Source: a virus. Taken from it: DNA of 64,000 nt. Shown in pieces: positions 15,296 through 26,600 of the stretch. The notes below the pieces were generated by a model that was given only the letters and a program-made list of their open reading frames with translations, had not been told where the DNA came from and ran no database searches. How positions within the stretch are numbered: the first letter of the stretch is position 1; the number at the start of each line of letters is the position of its first letter. A program made the translations under genes and the position numbers. The DNA lies in IMG/VR virus record IMGVR_UViG_3300043788_000131, positions 1 to 64,000 of that record; one strand, 5' to 3'.

Positions 15296-15723
15296 AACGA
15301 CACTTTTTGCCCTCACGAATGAGGGGGCAAAAGATGTCGTCTGACCCTCCTTGCCGGAAACCAGAGACCCGCGCGGACGCGAATGCCTACCGGCCAAGGG
15401 GCGCCCTTATACGAAGGGGGCGCCATCCTGGCGGACAAATTGTCAAATCTGGGAGGTGTTTTGGAGCCATCGGCTCTCCGCTTTGGTGCGGAGGCTTTTG
15501 CTCTCCGCGGGTTTAGGTTTCGAAGGATTTTCCGGAATAACCGGGCTTTGTCGTTTGGAGGGTTAGGCCGCCCCAGGCTTCGCTGCACACGCACAAAAAC
15601 CGCTGCGACCCTCGCGGGTGCGCGGTTCTGGCGGCGGCGATATTTGAGCGTATGAGGCGCATCGGATTGATGTGGCAGCCTTCGCGGACGAAATCAAGGC
15701 GACCGATATGGTTATGGTAAACG

Positions 15724-15755
15724 AAAAAAGCCGCCGACCCTGTGAGGCCGGCGGC
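15724..15755 (-). terminator. intrinsic terminator ending lysis/late transcript
   Basis: GCCGCCGGCC-TCACA-GGGTCGGCGGC followed by T6 on minus strand. Confidence 0.8.
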
Positions 15756-15936
15756 AAAGTATGTGGGCTGACAAAGCGACCTTAGCAGATCGCGTCAGTC
15801 TTTGGGAGGCCCGATGACGTCAATTTCGGGCTCATCGAATAGCGGGTCTGGGTCGAAAAACCGACGCAGGACGCGCCTTGGCAGCCTGACAGGACGCTTG
15901 CGCATAGCGATTCTCCCATCTTATCCACCATCAAAT

Positions 15937-16284
15937 TCAACGCTTTTCGAGAACGCGGTCGATACGGTCGCTCATCCCCTTGACCTCGCGGCCGACATCC
16001 TCGATCGCGCGCGTCATGCGGCCCTCGGCGGCAAGCTGTGCCTGCACGGCGCCGCTCGCCGCTGCCTCAACTCGGGCGAACTGCGATGCGTACCTCTCTC
16101 CACGATCGGCTACTTCGCGCGTAAGCAGTTCGACCTTTGCGATGGCTGCGGTTGCCAACGCTAGTGCGTTTTGGCTCTGTGAAGCGATACTGCCTTCCCG
16201 CGTCGCCCAGCCATAGAAGTGTCGTCCGAAGACACCAATGGCCGTCGAGGTCACGGCGACCGCGGCCACCATCTGCCAATCCAT
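15937..16284 (-). CDS. single-TM coiled-coil protein (holin/lysis accessory candidate)
   Basis: GGAGG RBS; N-terminal hydrophobic helix; follows endolysin. Confidence 0.65.
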   Translation of the reverse strand: MDWQMVAAVAVTSTAIGVFGRHFYGWATREGSIASQSQNALALATAAIAKVELLTREVADRGERYASQFARVEAAASGAVQAQLAAEGRMTRAIEDVGREVKGMSDRIDRVLEKR

Positions 16285-16299
16285 GACACGCCTCCAAAC

Positions 16300-16324
16300 A
16301 AAAACCCGGCACGAACGCCGGGCT
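16300..16324 (-). terminator. intrinsic terminator
   Basis: GCCCGGC-GTTCGT-GCCGGG-TTTTT. Confidence 0.65.
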
Positions 16325-16351
16325 TCAACTTGTGCGGCCCCCGCCGGGGTT

Positions 16352-17125
16352 TTATGCCGTGAAGAAGGAGCGCAGCTTGGCAAGGAAGCCGACCGGCGCG
16401 GATGCCGGCTGCGGCTGCGGCTGCGGCTTTGCCGGCGCCGGGACGATCGGGACACCGATGGTCATGGTAGGTGTGCTTGTCGTCATCGTCATCACCGGCG
16501 GTGGTATCGCCGCGATCTCCTTTGCCTTCGTCAACCAGTGCGCATAGGCCCCTGCGAGTTTGGTGTCGTAGTGGTTGGCCGCATACCCCGCGCCATTGTA
16601 GCCCCGCGCGAACGCCGCCCAATTATGGCCGTTGAGGTATCTGGCGAGGTTGTTGTGCTCGATCTCGCGGATCAGGCACTCGACCTGGGCCGGGACGCCG
16701 CCGTGGATCATGTAGTCGACCATGTGACGGGCATCGACGAACCCGAGTTCCTTGTAATTGAAGCCCATGGTCTGCCCGACGCCCCAGGAGGCCGAGCGGC
16801 AGGCCGCCTCGTCGTTGATGGCGCGGGCTTGCGCGAGGATGGCAAGACGTCCTGCTGAAGTCCCCTCGTTGCGGTACTCGGTCTTGGGCTGCCATGACGT
16901 GTAGGCGAGCCCGGCGGCGACCGCGTGGTCGACCGCGGCGCGGTCAAGTTCGAGAAGTTGCCGATAGAAGACATGCTTCTCGAACAAAAAACTCGGCGTG
17001 CGGCCGTCGATTTCGAGGCTATGGCCGTCCGATTCGATCTCGACGACGGCGAGCAGCGCCGCGAGGTCGAACTTATAGGTCTTGGCGACCGATGCGATTT
17101 CACGAAGAACTGCTGGTTCGAACAT
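16352..17125 (-). CDS. endolysin, N-acetylmuramidase (DUF3380-type)
   Basis: AVVEIESDG, LFEKHVFY, SASWGVGQTMGFNY, WAAFARGYNGAGY..YDTKL. Confidence 0.92.
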   Translation of the reverse strand: MFEPAVLREIASVAKTYKFDLAALLAVVEIESDGHSLEIDGRTPSFLFEKHVFYRQLLELDRAAVDHAVAAGLAYTSWQPKTEYRNEGTSAGRLAILAQARAINDEAACRSASWGVGQTMGFNYKELGFVDARHMVDYMIHGGVPAQVECLIREIEHNNLARYLNGHNWAAFARGYNGAGYAANHYDTKLAGAYAHWLTKAKEIAAIPPPVMTMTTSTPTMTIGVPIVPAPAKPQPQPQPASAPVGFLAKLRSFFTA

Positions 17126-17594
17126 TACACTCCTCCATTTGGGACATAGCAAAGGACAGCGCGCGGCGCCAAACGATGGCTGGGGTTGCCATCGTGACTT
17201 GGTCCGCCCAGGAAGATGATGACGTGGCCGGTAGGATTGCCCTTCAGGTATTGTTCTTGGCCGACGATCTTTTTCGGTGGCACCTCGTACTCGGTGCCGA
17301 TGTCCTCATGGAATTCGCGACCGAGGACCTTGTCGTCACGATCGTCAGTGATGACGGCGTAGGTTTTGCCGTCGCGAACACGCACTTCGTCGGCGTAGTA
17401 GGCGTCGCCTTCGCCGCAGCATGAAGTGCCCGGTGTTGCGTAACCCCCGCGGCCGACCGTGTCCGGCTGCACTAGACCACGAACCATTGCTTCGTGAGGT
17501 CGTCGTGCCCGACGAGGTCCCACTGGCCTTTGTCCTTGGCCTGGGCGGGGGCCAACAAGGCGCAAAGCAATAGCGTGGCGAAAAGCTTTCGCAT
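17125..17594 (-). pseudogene. secreted Cys-containing protein, 1-nt frameshift near 17481
   Basis: signal peptide MRKLFATLLLCALLAPAQA in one frame; GLVQPD..SCCGEGDAY...GNPTGHVIIFL..LCYVP in the next; length 3n+2. Confidence 0.7.
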
Positions 17595-17634
17595 GGCGGC
17601 ACCATTTAGGGGGGAAAGGTTTAGTAGTTGTGAA

Positions 17635-20600
17635 TTACGGCTTTGACGTCTTGGTGGGCCTTGGCCAGTAGCGGTGGCGTTCTTCCGTGGTGGCCTGCTG
17701 CAGGATGGCCTTCTGGTCCTCGTTGTCGAGCCGCGAGAACTGGTAGACGTCTTGGGACTCAGTACCGAGCTTCGAGATAGAATCGGGCTTCATGCCTAGC
17801 TTGATGAGCTTTTGCCGGGCCTCTTGCGTGCCGGTCCAGTCCTTATCGCGCTTGGCAATCAGGTAGCTTTGACGGGCCTCCATCATCGCTTCCATGTTCT
17901 CGCCTTTTTCGAACGACTTCTTTCCTTGCCCCTCATTATAGAGGTAGGCGATGCGGTTCTGGATCGCGTTCTTCTCGACGTAGGCCGGCGCCGGGCCAAA
18001 GCCGAGCACACTCAGGCCCACGCCCGCTGACGTGATGGCGTCCCAGAGTTTTTCGGGGTGCGCGAATATCTCCCCCTTGCTCGGGAACGGATGACCGGAC
18101 AGGCTCGCCGCATGCTTGGCGCCCGACACCGACATCGGGTTGAATTGATCGCCGTAGATGTGCTTGAGCAGTTGCCACGTCCGCTGATACCAGGGCGCGT
18201 TCTCGTCCGTAATGTTGTAGCCGTAATAGTTTCGGTTGTTCCACATTTCCACGAATGGCTCATACATCTGCTTGTTCCAGAGCATCGCGGCCGCGCCCAT
18301 CGGGATGTTGCCGCCGCGCTCCTGGATGTGCTTTTGCAGCATTGGCAGTTCGCGATTGTAGAACATCGTCGTGACGCGCCGCGGGGAGCCGTCCGGGTTC
18401 AGGCCGCCGATCCGCGGGAATGTGTAGTCATCGCCAGTCGGTTTCTCTCCGGTCATCAACCAGGTAATGAGGCCGGCCAACATGGCGCTGATTGCGACAT
18501 AGGCCAGGGCGAACGGAATTTTGTTGGTAGCGTCGCGGGCAATCTTGCGTGGGCCAGACGGAGCAAACGCCGGAAATACGCGCCCAAGGGGGCGTGTGCC
18601 GGCCTCCATCGCCGCGCCACCGAATTCGCGCACAAAGCCGAGGTTCCAGCCAAGGGAGAGGAACGAGGCTTTCGCGGCGTCGGCCAGGATCGGGTCCCAG
18701 GGCAGGTTCTTGTAGTTCATTTCGCCGTAGCGGTTGTCGATCGACTTTGCGATTGCGTGCGCCGCGACGCGCCGGCTCACATCGTCAAGCTGGTATTGCG
18801 GGTTCCGCCTCATCAGGTCAGCGTATGCTTCCAGGTAGGCGTTGGTCTTCAGGGCCGGAATCCATTTCTCGAACAAGGCTTTTTGCGTGAGCTCAATCGG
18901 CAAGCGCATGCCGCCCCAGAAGTATTTAGCCCAATCTGGCACCCCAGCTTCGCCCTTCCTGATCCTCCAATAGGCCTCCTTGAATGCCTTACTAGCAGCG
19001 ATTTTCTGCTGCTCATCCATCTGCGGGATGAAGCCGCCGTCGTTCATGGCGGAGACCATGTATCTTTCGTAGGGCGAGCGTGCAGTATCGGCCTTGAGCC
19101 ACGCTGCCCTGCCTTCGGCACCCCTCCTTGGATGCGTCCAGAATGGGCCGAGCGGGGCGTCCATGAGAGCCTTGAGGGCCGTCGCTGGATCGTGGCCTTT
19201 CACGAGGGCACTAACGGCGCGGGCGGTGCCATTGGCCCAATCAATGCCGACAACGTGCAGCGGATGGAACGCCGAGAGCGAGAGCTTTATCGGAACCCAC
19301 ACATTCTTCAGGCCCATCCAGGCGCGGAAGGTCCCGCCCCAGAAGCCTTGCGCCATCCAAAGGCCCTTGGCGTCGACCATATTCTTCCAAAGCTGCTGGA
19401 CATCCGGCGCAATAACCCATTGCTTGCGATCTGGGGCATTGATGATTTGCCAGCCGCGCTTGACCATGGCCCCGGTGGCCGGGGAGCCCGAGCCCTCCCA
19501 GGCAAGCCCCATTTTCTTGAGCTCGTAGATCATCGCCATCTTGTTGCGCTGGTCTGCGCCGGAGATCAGGCGGTGATTGATGGCGTCGATCGGGTTGGGA
19601 AACTTCAGCTTCATTCCCGCTGCGAGGCCATCCTCGATAAGCTCGTAGGTCCGCTTTTTTTGAAACCACGTCGGACCATGCTGGGCCGTTTGCGTTCGCG
19701 CCCAGGCGGAGTAGTCATCCGGTTTTTGCCAAACGTGCGGAAAATAGTTCTCAACGAAATCAGCCTGTGAACCGTATTGCTTGCCAAGGGCCCAATCTGT
19801 ATCCATCGCGTTGCGATAGTGCGCAGCCATCAGGGCTTCTCTGAGATTCGTCGGGCGCTGTCCGGTCTCTGCCTCTTTCATCCAGCGCAGGCCTTCGGCG
19901 GCGGGCTGCTTGTTCCAGTACTCCCAATCCTTATGGTCACGATCAATGATGCCGTCTTTCTCGCTTTGAGAAGCGGACTTGAACTTCGCAATGACCGGCA
20001 GAGCCCGCATTGCATCGTCGCTGAATAGCTCGGGCTGGAAGGACTTCATCCAAAATGCCTTGACCTGCTTCGCAACAGGCATTTTGGCGATACCGCCCGT
20101 GATCGGGCGCGGCGGTCCTACTCGGGGTGGTTGCTGGCTGGCGCCGCGCGGCCGGGGCGGCTGCGGGCCGTAGTTGGTGCGGGGGGCTTCGAAGCCGGAG
20201 CCGAAAAGGTCGCCCTGGCGCTCGGTCACCTCAAAGTTGGCATCGAACCAATTCGCAAGGTCGGCAAACTGCTTGTCGTGCTCCCACGCGGCTTGTTTGG
20301 TGTGATCGTCGAGCGGCCGCAATTCCTGGTGCCGCGCGGACTCCCCGGTGGCGCTACCCTCGATGCGCTCTTTGATGCCTCCAGCCATGCGGGCGATATG
20401 CTCGGGGCCGGGGTGAGTCTCGCGATACCGGCCATGGTTTACCGCCACGTTGGTCGAATCGGAACTATCGAACGGATAGAGGTGTGCCTGTGACTGCGCC
20501 CTCATCATGTGGATGCGGGGGCGGACGCCGCCGTTGCCGTTCTCGTCCTCGACCTGCTTGACGAAGGCCAAGGCCTCGTCGATGCGGCGGTGCCATTCCG

Positions 20601-23600
20601 GTGTGCCGGGGTCTTTGAAGTCGCCGGAGCTTCCAATTCCCAGGTGGTTAAAGCCGCCCTCCAGCAGCCATCGAAGATAGTCGAGGCTTTCGTGCATGTG
20701 CCAGATCGGCATTGCTCGATCGCTTGGCAGGTTCGTTTCGCGAACCAGTCGCGCGTTTTCTTGTTCCGTGCCCCCGATGATGTCGGGAATGACAGCGACC
20801 GCCTGGGGCGATCGGTCGAGAATGCCCTGCGCCCACTTCTCGAAGCCCTCCACGGCCTCGGGGGTGAACGTGCCTTCGCCGCGGCGCCACATCGAGAACG
20901 CGCCGTTGTCGACAAGTAGAATGCCGTCTTTGCCAACCAACCTGATCGCATCGTCAAGCTGTTTGCCGAGTTTGATGCGCGTCCCGTAGGAGACGCAGAA
21001 CGAGCACCCCTTCAACTGTTCAAGCGCGCTAAGAGGATTGAGCGGCAGCCCGAAGACGACATGCTTCTGCATGTCATGCTTGTCGCGGAACAAGTCTTTA
21101 GTGTCGGAGAACCCGACGATGTTTTCCGGGTGAGCAAACGCGAAGTCTAACTGGCGGGTGGCTGGCGGCGCCTGAGCGCGACCATTTCCTCCGCTTGCTC
21201 GATCAGCCACTCGCGGCTCGGGTCTTCCTGCGGGAGCCGGAGCACGTCGTTCAAATGTTGCTCCCACATCGCCAAGGTGCCGGAATACATTTCCGGTGGA
21301 TCTATCATCACCTGGGCGGGGTTGGCTTGCGGCATTGGGGATGCTCCTTCGCAGGGTATCAGCCGCCTGCTTAATATAGGGTTGAAGGCCGAGGTCTTTA
21401 ATCTCGGCCCGGTAGTCGTTCGTGGTGTGGAAGTGCAGGATGCCGGCCTGACGCAGCACTTCGCCGATCAGGACGTGGTGCATCTTGTTGGCAGTGGCGA
21501 TCGGCAGAAGTTTCCGCTCGTGGACCAACTCGGTGAGCAGCGGAAGGATTTGCTTCTGGCCGATAAACGAGGCGATGCGGCCGAGCGACGCTGCATTGTG
21601 CTTGGCGTCGGGCCCCAGAAGCGATCGGCCAAAATCAGTCAGTGCCCCGCGAGTGACATTGCCTCCGTGGCCGTGTGCCCAGATGGACTCGACCCCAGGC
21701 CAGCCGAGCATGCCGATGTCGCCTTCGCTCAGGGCGCCATTGCTTGGGTGGGTGTGGTGAACGGCAAGTCGGTTGTTGGCGTCGGCGAAGGCCTTCAGCA
21801 TATCGTCGTCGAAGGCGACGTTCTTCGCTTGGCCGCGTAGATGCAGGACCGCGTTGCCCTTCTCGTCGATGGCGAGCAAGTGTTCCAGGCCGGTGCTTAT
21901 GCCCTGGCGGAGGAGATAGTCCTGTGCCTGCTGGCCGGCCGGCCGATTGGGGTCGATGTAGAAGGGGCCACGATCCTCGGCGACCATGGGGCCGGCGGGG
22001 GCGGGGCGGGGCGGACTCTTCCACTCGAACGGTGCTTGGTTCGGATCAACGGGGATGTCCCAGCGGTCGCGAAGCATATTGCCGGTGCTGTTAGGGACCC
22101 CTATATTTTCAGTGGAGGGTGTTATGGCTTCTGGGGCATATGTCGGCGACCACGATCTTTCGGTCGTGTACGTGTTCGACACGTCGGACAAATTCTCCGC
22201 AGTTCGCTCTTCCGGGGCCTGGGAGCGGTTTTCGATGACCGTCGGTGAACTCGCGGCGGACTGGACGCCTGTCTCTGATCCTTCCGAAGTAGCAACCTTG
22301 CTCAAGGCCGCACGAACTTCGCTCTCGGAAATGCCGGTGCGCGCCAAGTAGGCGTCCCATGCGCCCTGGTAAAGGTCACGGCTCCGCTGCATGTCAGCGG
22401 CCATGTCCTTCGTTTCCTGCTCACTCAGGTCAGCTTGGTCTCTATTGCGCCACCGCTCAAAGAGCTTGTGGCCCTCCTTCTTGGCCGCCTCCATTTCGCG
22501 AATCGGCAGGTAGTACTCGACTAGCTGCCCATTCGGCATCCGCAGATCGAACACCGCGATGCGGAAGCCCCATTCCTTCGGCTTGAGAACCTTTGCGGTA
22601 TCGCTTTTGATGATGCTCGCGCCGATCGGCGGCAGCCGCGCGGCAATTTCAGGCAATTCCCGGATGTCATTGAGGATCGTCTTGAACCGGAAGCTGTCCC
22701 GAAGGTGCTCGATCCCGTGCCAGGGCTTTTGTTTCAGGATGGATGGCCGCGAGCCCTTTGAGATTATGTTCTCGGGGAGCTTCTCATTCCATTTGGACTC
22801 GGTGCCAAAATCTCGGTCTATCTGGTCAATGAAGTCCTGGACGATCGGCTTGTTCGCCTCGCTCAGCGCTTGCAGTTGGCGCGCCTTCTCTTCTGGCGTC
22901 GCCTTGCGGTCGATCGGGTTTACGATCTGACTTTCTTCGTACTCGGCAGGATGGTCGGTCCGCCGGGCGAGTTCGGCGATCACGCCGCGCAGCTTGTCCC
23001 GCATTTCGGCGAGCTTGCCGGCGTAGGGCGATTGCTGGCCCTGCTGCGCCTCCAGTTCCGGCAGTGCCTTCTCGGCGGCGTCGATGCGCGCCTGCATCCA
23101 GTCGCCGCGGCTCATGGCGACGGAACGGGTGTCCTTGTCGATTTCATGAAGGGCCTTTTCGATTGCGCGCGTGAAGGCGCCAGCGTCGACAAGCAGGTCT
23201 TTCGGGATGTTATGGAGCTCCGAGGCGGAGATTGTTTTGCCGCCGTCCGTGAGTCCAAACACCATCTGAGTGGACTGATCGCCGGACGCGATCTCGGCCT
23301 CCAGATCGGCACCGAGCACACGGCCGAGCTTCAGGTTGCCGTCCGGCGCCTCCATGACTTTCGGGGTGAGCTCCTTGGCGGCCGTCCACCGGCGCGTGAA
23401 AGTCTTGCCCCCGATAGTGGCCTCGAACGGCTCGAAGTCGCCGAAGGCGTTGGCAAAGGCCGTCGTAAGGTCCTTTTGGTTGGTTATGTCTTCGCCGTCG
23501 ACGTTGATCTTGTACTTTGCGTTTTCGTCGCCGCCTTTCTGAGCGTCGATGATGTCTTGCGCTGCCTTGTTGGCTGCCCCCGAAGCCCTGCTACTTTCAT

Positions 23601-26600
23601 CGTACTTCTTGCCCTCGATCGTGATGCTGCGCTTGGCGGCTTCGGCTTCGACCACATCGCGGCGCGCCTGCATGTCGTCGGCCGCGGCCCGCGTCTTGGC
23701 AATCGCTTCCGGGAAATCGGCAATGGATCGTTTCGCCCGGTCGATCGCGTCCTCAATGCCGTCCATCTTGCGGCGGAAGCCGCGTTCCTGCATTTCGAGC
23801 TTCTCGATCTCGCCGGAGAGCTTCACGCGCTCCAAGAGCATCGGATCGCCGGACGCGAGTGCGGCGATCTCCGCCATCGAGACCGCCTCCTCGTCCGCGA
23901 AGTCCATTTCGAAGGAGCCGTCATACTTGCGGATGCCATTGACCATCCGCAGCTTTTCGGCGTTCAGATCCCACATCTTGGCGTCGATGGTGCGCTCGGT
24001 GACGTAGTTGTGCTCTTCGAGCTCGAAATCCTTCCCGTATTTTTCGAGAAGCTTGTTGCCCTGGCGCACCCACCGGCCGCGGCGCTGCTCAATGTCAGAC
24101 GGCTTCCAGGTCACGTCTTCATGGTGGCCGCCGACAATGCGCTCCTGGGCGTTCATGCCGGCGCCCATGCGCTGGGTCGAGCCGATCAACACGCGGACCT
24201 CGCCAGCGTTGACCGAGTCGATCATTTCCTTTTTTTCGGCGTCGTTGTTGGCTTCCTGCATGAAGCGGATTTCGTCGGCAGGAACCCCGCGGGCGATGAG
24301 GTTGTCCTTGAGTTGCTGATAGGCGTTCCAGCCGCCTTGCTGAGCGCGGCGCAACTCCGCCATTTCGTTCGGGTCGTACTTTTCCAGTTCGTCGTTCGCG
24401 CGCCGCTCGCCTTCCTCGTCGTTGGCGGCTATAGCGTCCCTGCGCTTGGCGATCAGCTTATCGTATTGCTTGAGGATTGCCGCATCGCCTCTGGACTTGG
24501 GTACGCTGCGATCGAGAAAGATTAGCTGCGTGCCCTTGTCCTTATTCCACTTCTTGTAGATGCGCGCGACCTCGTCCGCGGTCACCTCAAGTTTGCCGCC
24601 CTCTTCCTTGCTGGGGTGGTTTGCGTCGACGGCGCGCACGTCGAGCGACACTTTGCGCGCCCGGTCCATGAGGCGCAGCCGTTCCGCATTGCGTTCTTTC
24701 TGGTCCGAAATATCGTCCAGGTGATCGAACCCGTTGATTATTTCGCCAAGGGCCATGATCTGGGCGGCGGTCGGCTTCAGCACATGGGTCTGCATGCCGC
24801 CACCGGCGACCTTCGGGATCGGGAAGTCGGCGCCGTTATTGTCCTCGGCGTACCAGCGGTTGATGTCCTCCTGCGTCACCGAGTCGGTGAAGGAGTGATA
24901 GAGGTCCATCAGCGCCCGCATGTTCGACCACGAACGGCCGAGACGGGTGACCTCTTTCAAACCGTGGCCGGATTCGGTCGGCTCCCACTTGGGCTCCGCG
25001 GAAACGAACTGTGAGCGCCACGCATCGAAGTGTTCGAGGCCGAGTTCGCGCAGTTCCTTGGCCGCGAGGTAGCGCATCATCGTGTACATTTCGACGGCGC
25101 TATTTGAGATCGGCGTGCCAGTCAGGAAGGTTACGGCTCCGGTCGGGCTCTCGTTGAGCACCTTGATCTTGTTGTAGAGGTCGAACGCCTTTTGCGACCC
25201 GCTCTTGTCACCCATGCCGCGAACGCCCTGCATCCGCGAGGAATAGAACAGGTTCTTGAATTCATGAGCCTCATCGACGACGAGGTGGTCGACGCCCATT
25301 TGCTCGAATGTGAGCATGCTGTCGCGCCGGCCGCCACGAAGCCCGGCCAGTCGCGCCTCGATCTTTGAGACCAGTCGCTCCGCTTCCTTGACCGTGTAGT
25401 GCTTGAACCGTCCGGGCGGGGCGTCCGCTTCGGCGTCTGCGAGGGCTTGCTGCGCGACGCGCAGTTCCTCTTCCAGGAAGCGAGTTTCGGTCTCGGGCGC
25501 GATCTTGATAAAGCCGAAGGACGAATGAGGGACGATGACCATGTCCCAATCGCCAGTCGCAATCCGGGCGAACAGCTTGCGGCGGTTCTTCTTGTCGAAC
25601 TGGTTCTTGCCGGCGGCGAGCACCCTGGCGCCGGGATACAGACGATACGCCTCGCTGGCCCACTGCTCGACCAGATGGTTTGGCACGGCGATCATGGGCT
25701 TTTTCACAAGCCCCATGCGCCGCTTTTCCATGACCATGCCGATGGTGGTGAACGTCTTGCCGGCACCGACGACGTGATCGACCAGCATGTTGCGTTCGTA
25801 GATGCCGCGCCAGATCGCATTGTAGATGTGCCGGCGCAGCGAAATATCAGGGCTCTTGCCGGGAAGTGTCAGATGGCGCCCGTCGTGCTGCCGCGGCGTG
25901 CGGGTATTCATTTTGTCGTTGTAGATGCCGACGAGCTCCCGGCGCCGATCGCCGTCGCGGTAGACCCAATCGGCGAAGGCCTGCGTAATCTCGCGTGCCT
26001 TCAGCGCCACGAGTGCGGTCGCCTCCTTGTCGACATGCTCGCCAACCACGCGCCCATCGGCGCCGTATGTCGGCGCCATCACCTTGGGCAGCTTGGAATT
26101 AAGCAGCCCGCGGATGATGGCGTCGGGCGGCATGTCGGGCGTGCCCCATTCCGCGTGCTTGCCCTCGCCGTATTCGGAAGTGAGGAAGTTGAAGGCGTTC
26201 GTGGCCTTCGCGTAATTGACCGTCGCGCTGTCGACGCCGAGAAGGTGCTTCGCAAAATCCTCGTAGACCTTGGGCGGTATCCAGTTCGACCCCATGAGCG
26301 GGGTGACCTGATCGGCGGTCCACTCTTCCGGCTGGACGGCTTCTAGCTCCTTGACGTTCTTCTCCAGGCCGGCACCGCGCGCGGCAGCGAGCTTGCGGCG
26401 CACTTGGCCGGAGAGGTAGGCGCTGCGCGGCTCCCAGCGCTGCAATTCCGGGTCATAGAAGGCCAGCGGCTTGTCACCGGCGCTCAGCGCCTCGCCGACC
26501 TTGTCCTCGGGGATGTCGAGCAGCTTGGCGACGCGGGGCACGTCAATGAAGCCGCGTTCGGAGAGCGAGATCGCCAGAGCGTCGGCGGGCGAGGCCGCCT

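Noticed and set aside
15406-15446. TTGACA and TATAAG on the minus strand as the tRNA-array promoter
   Set aside because: The two hexamers are 29 nt apart and no good -10 lies at 16-18 nt; not supportable.
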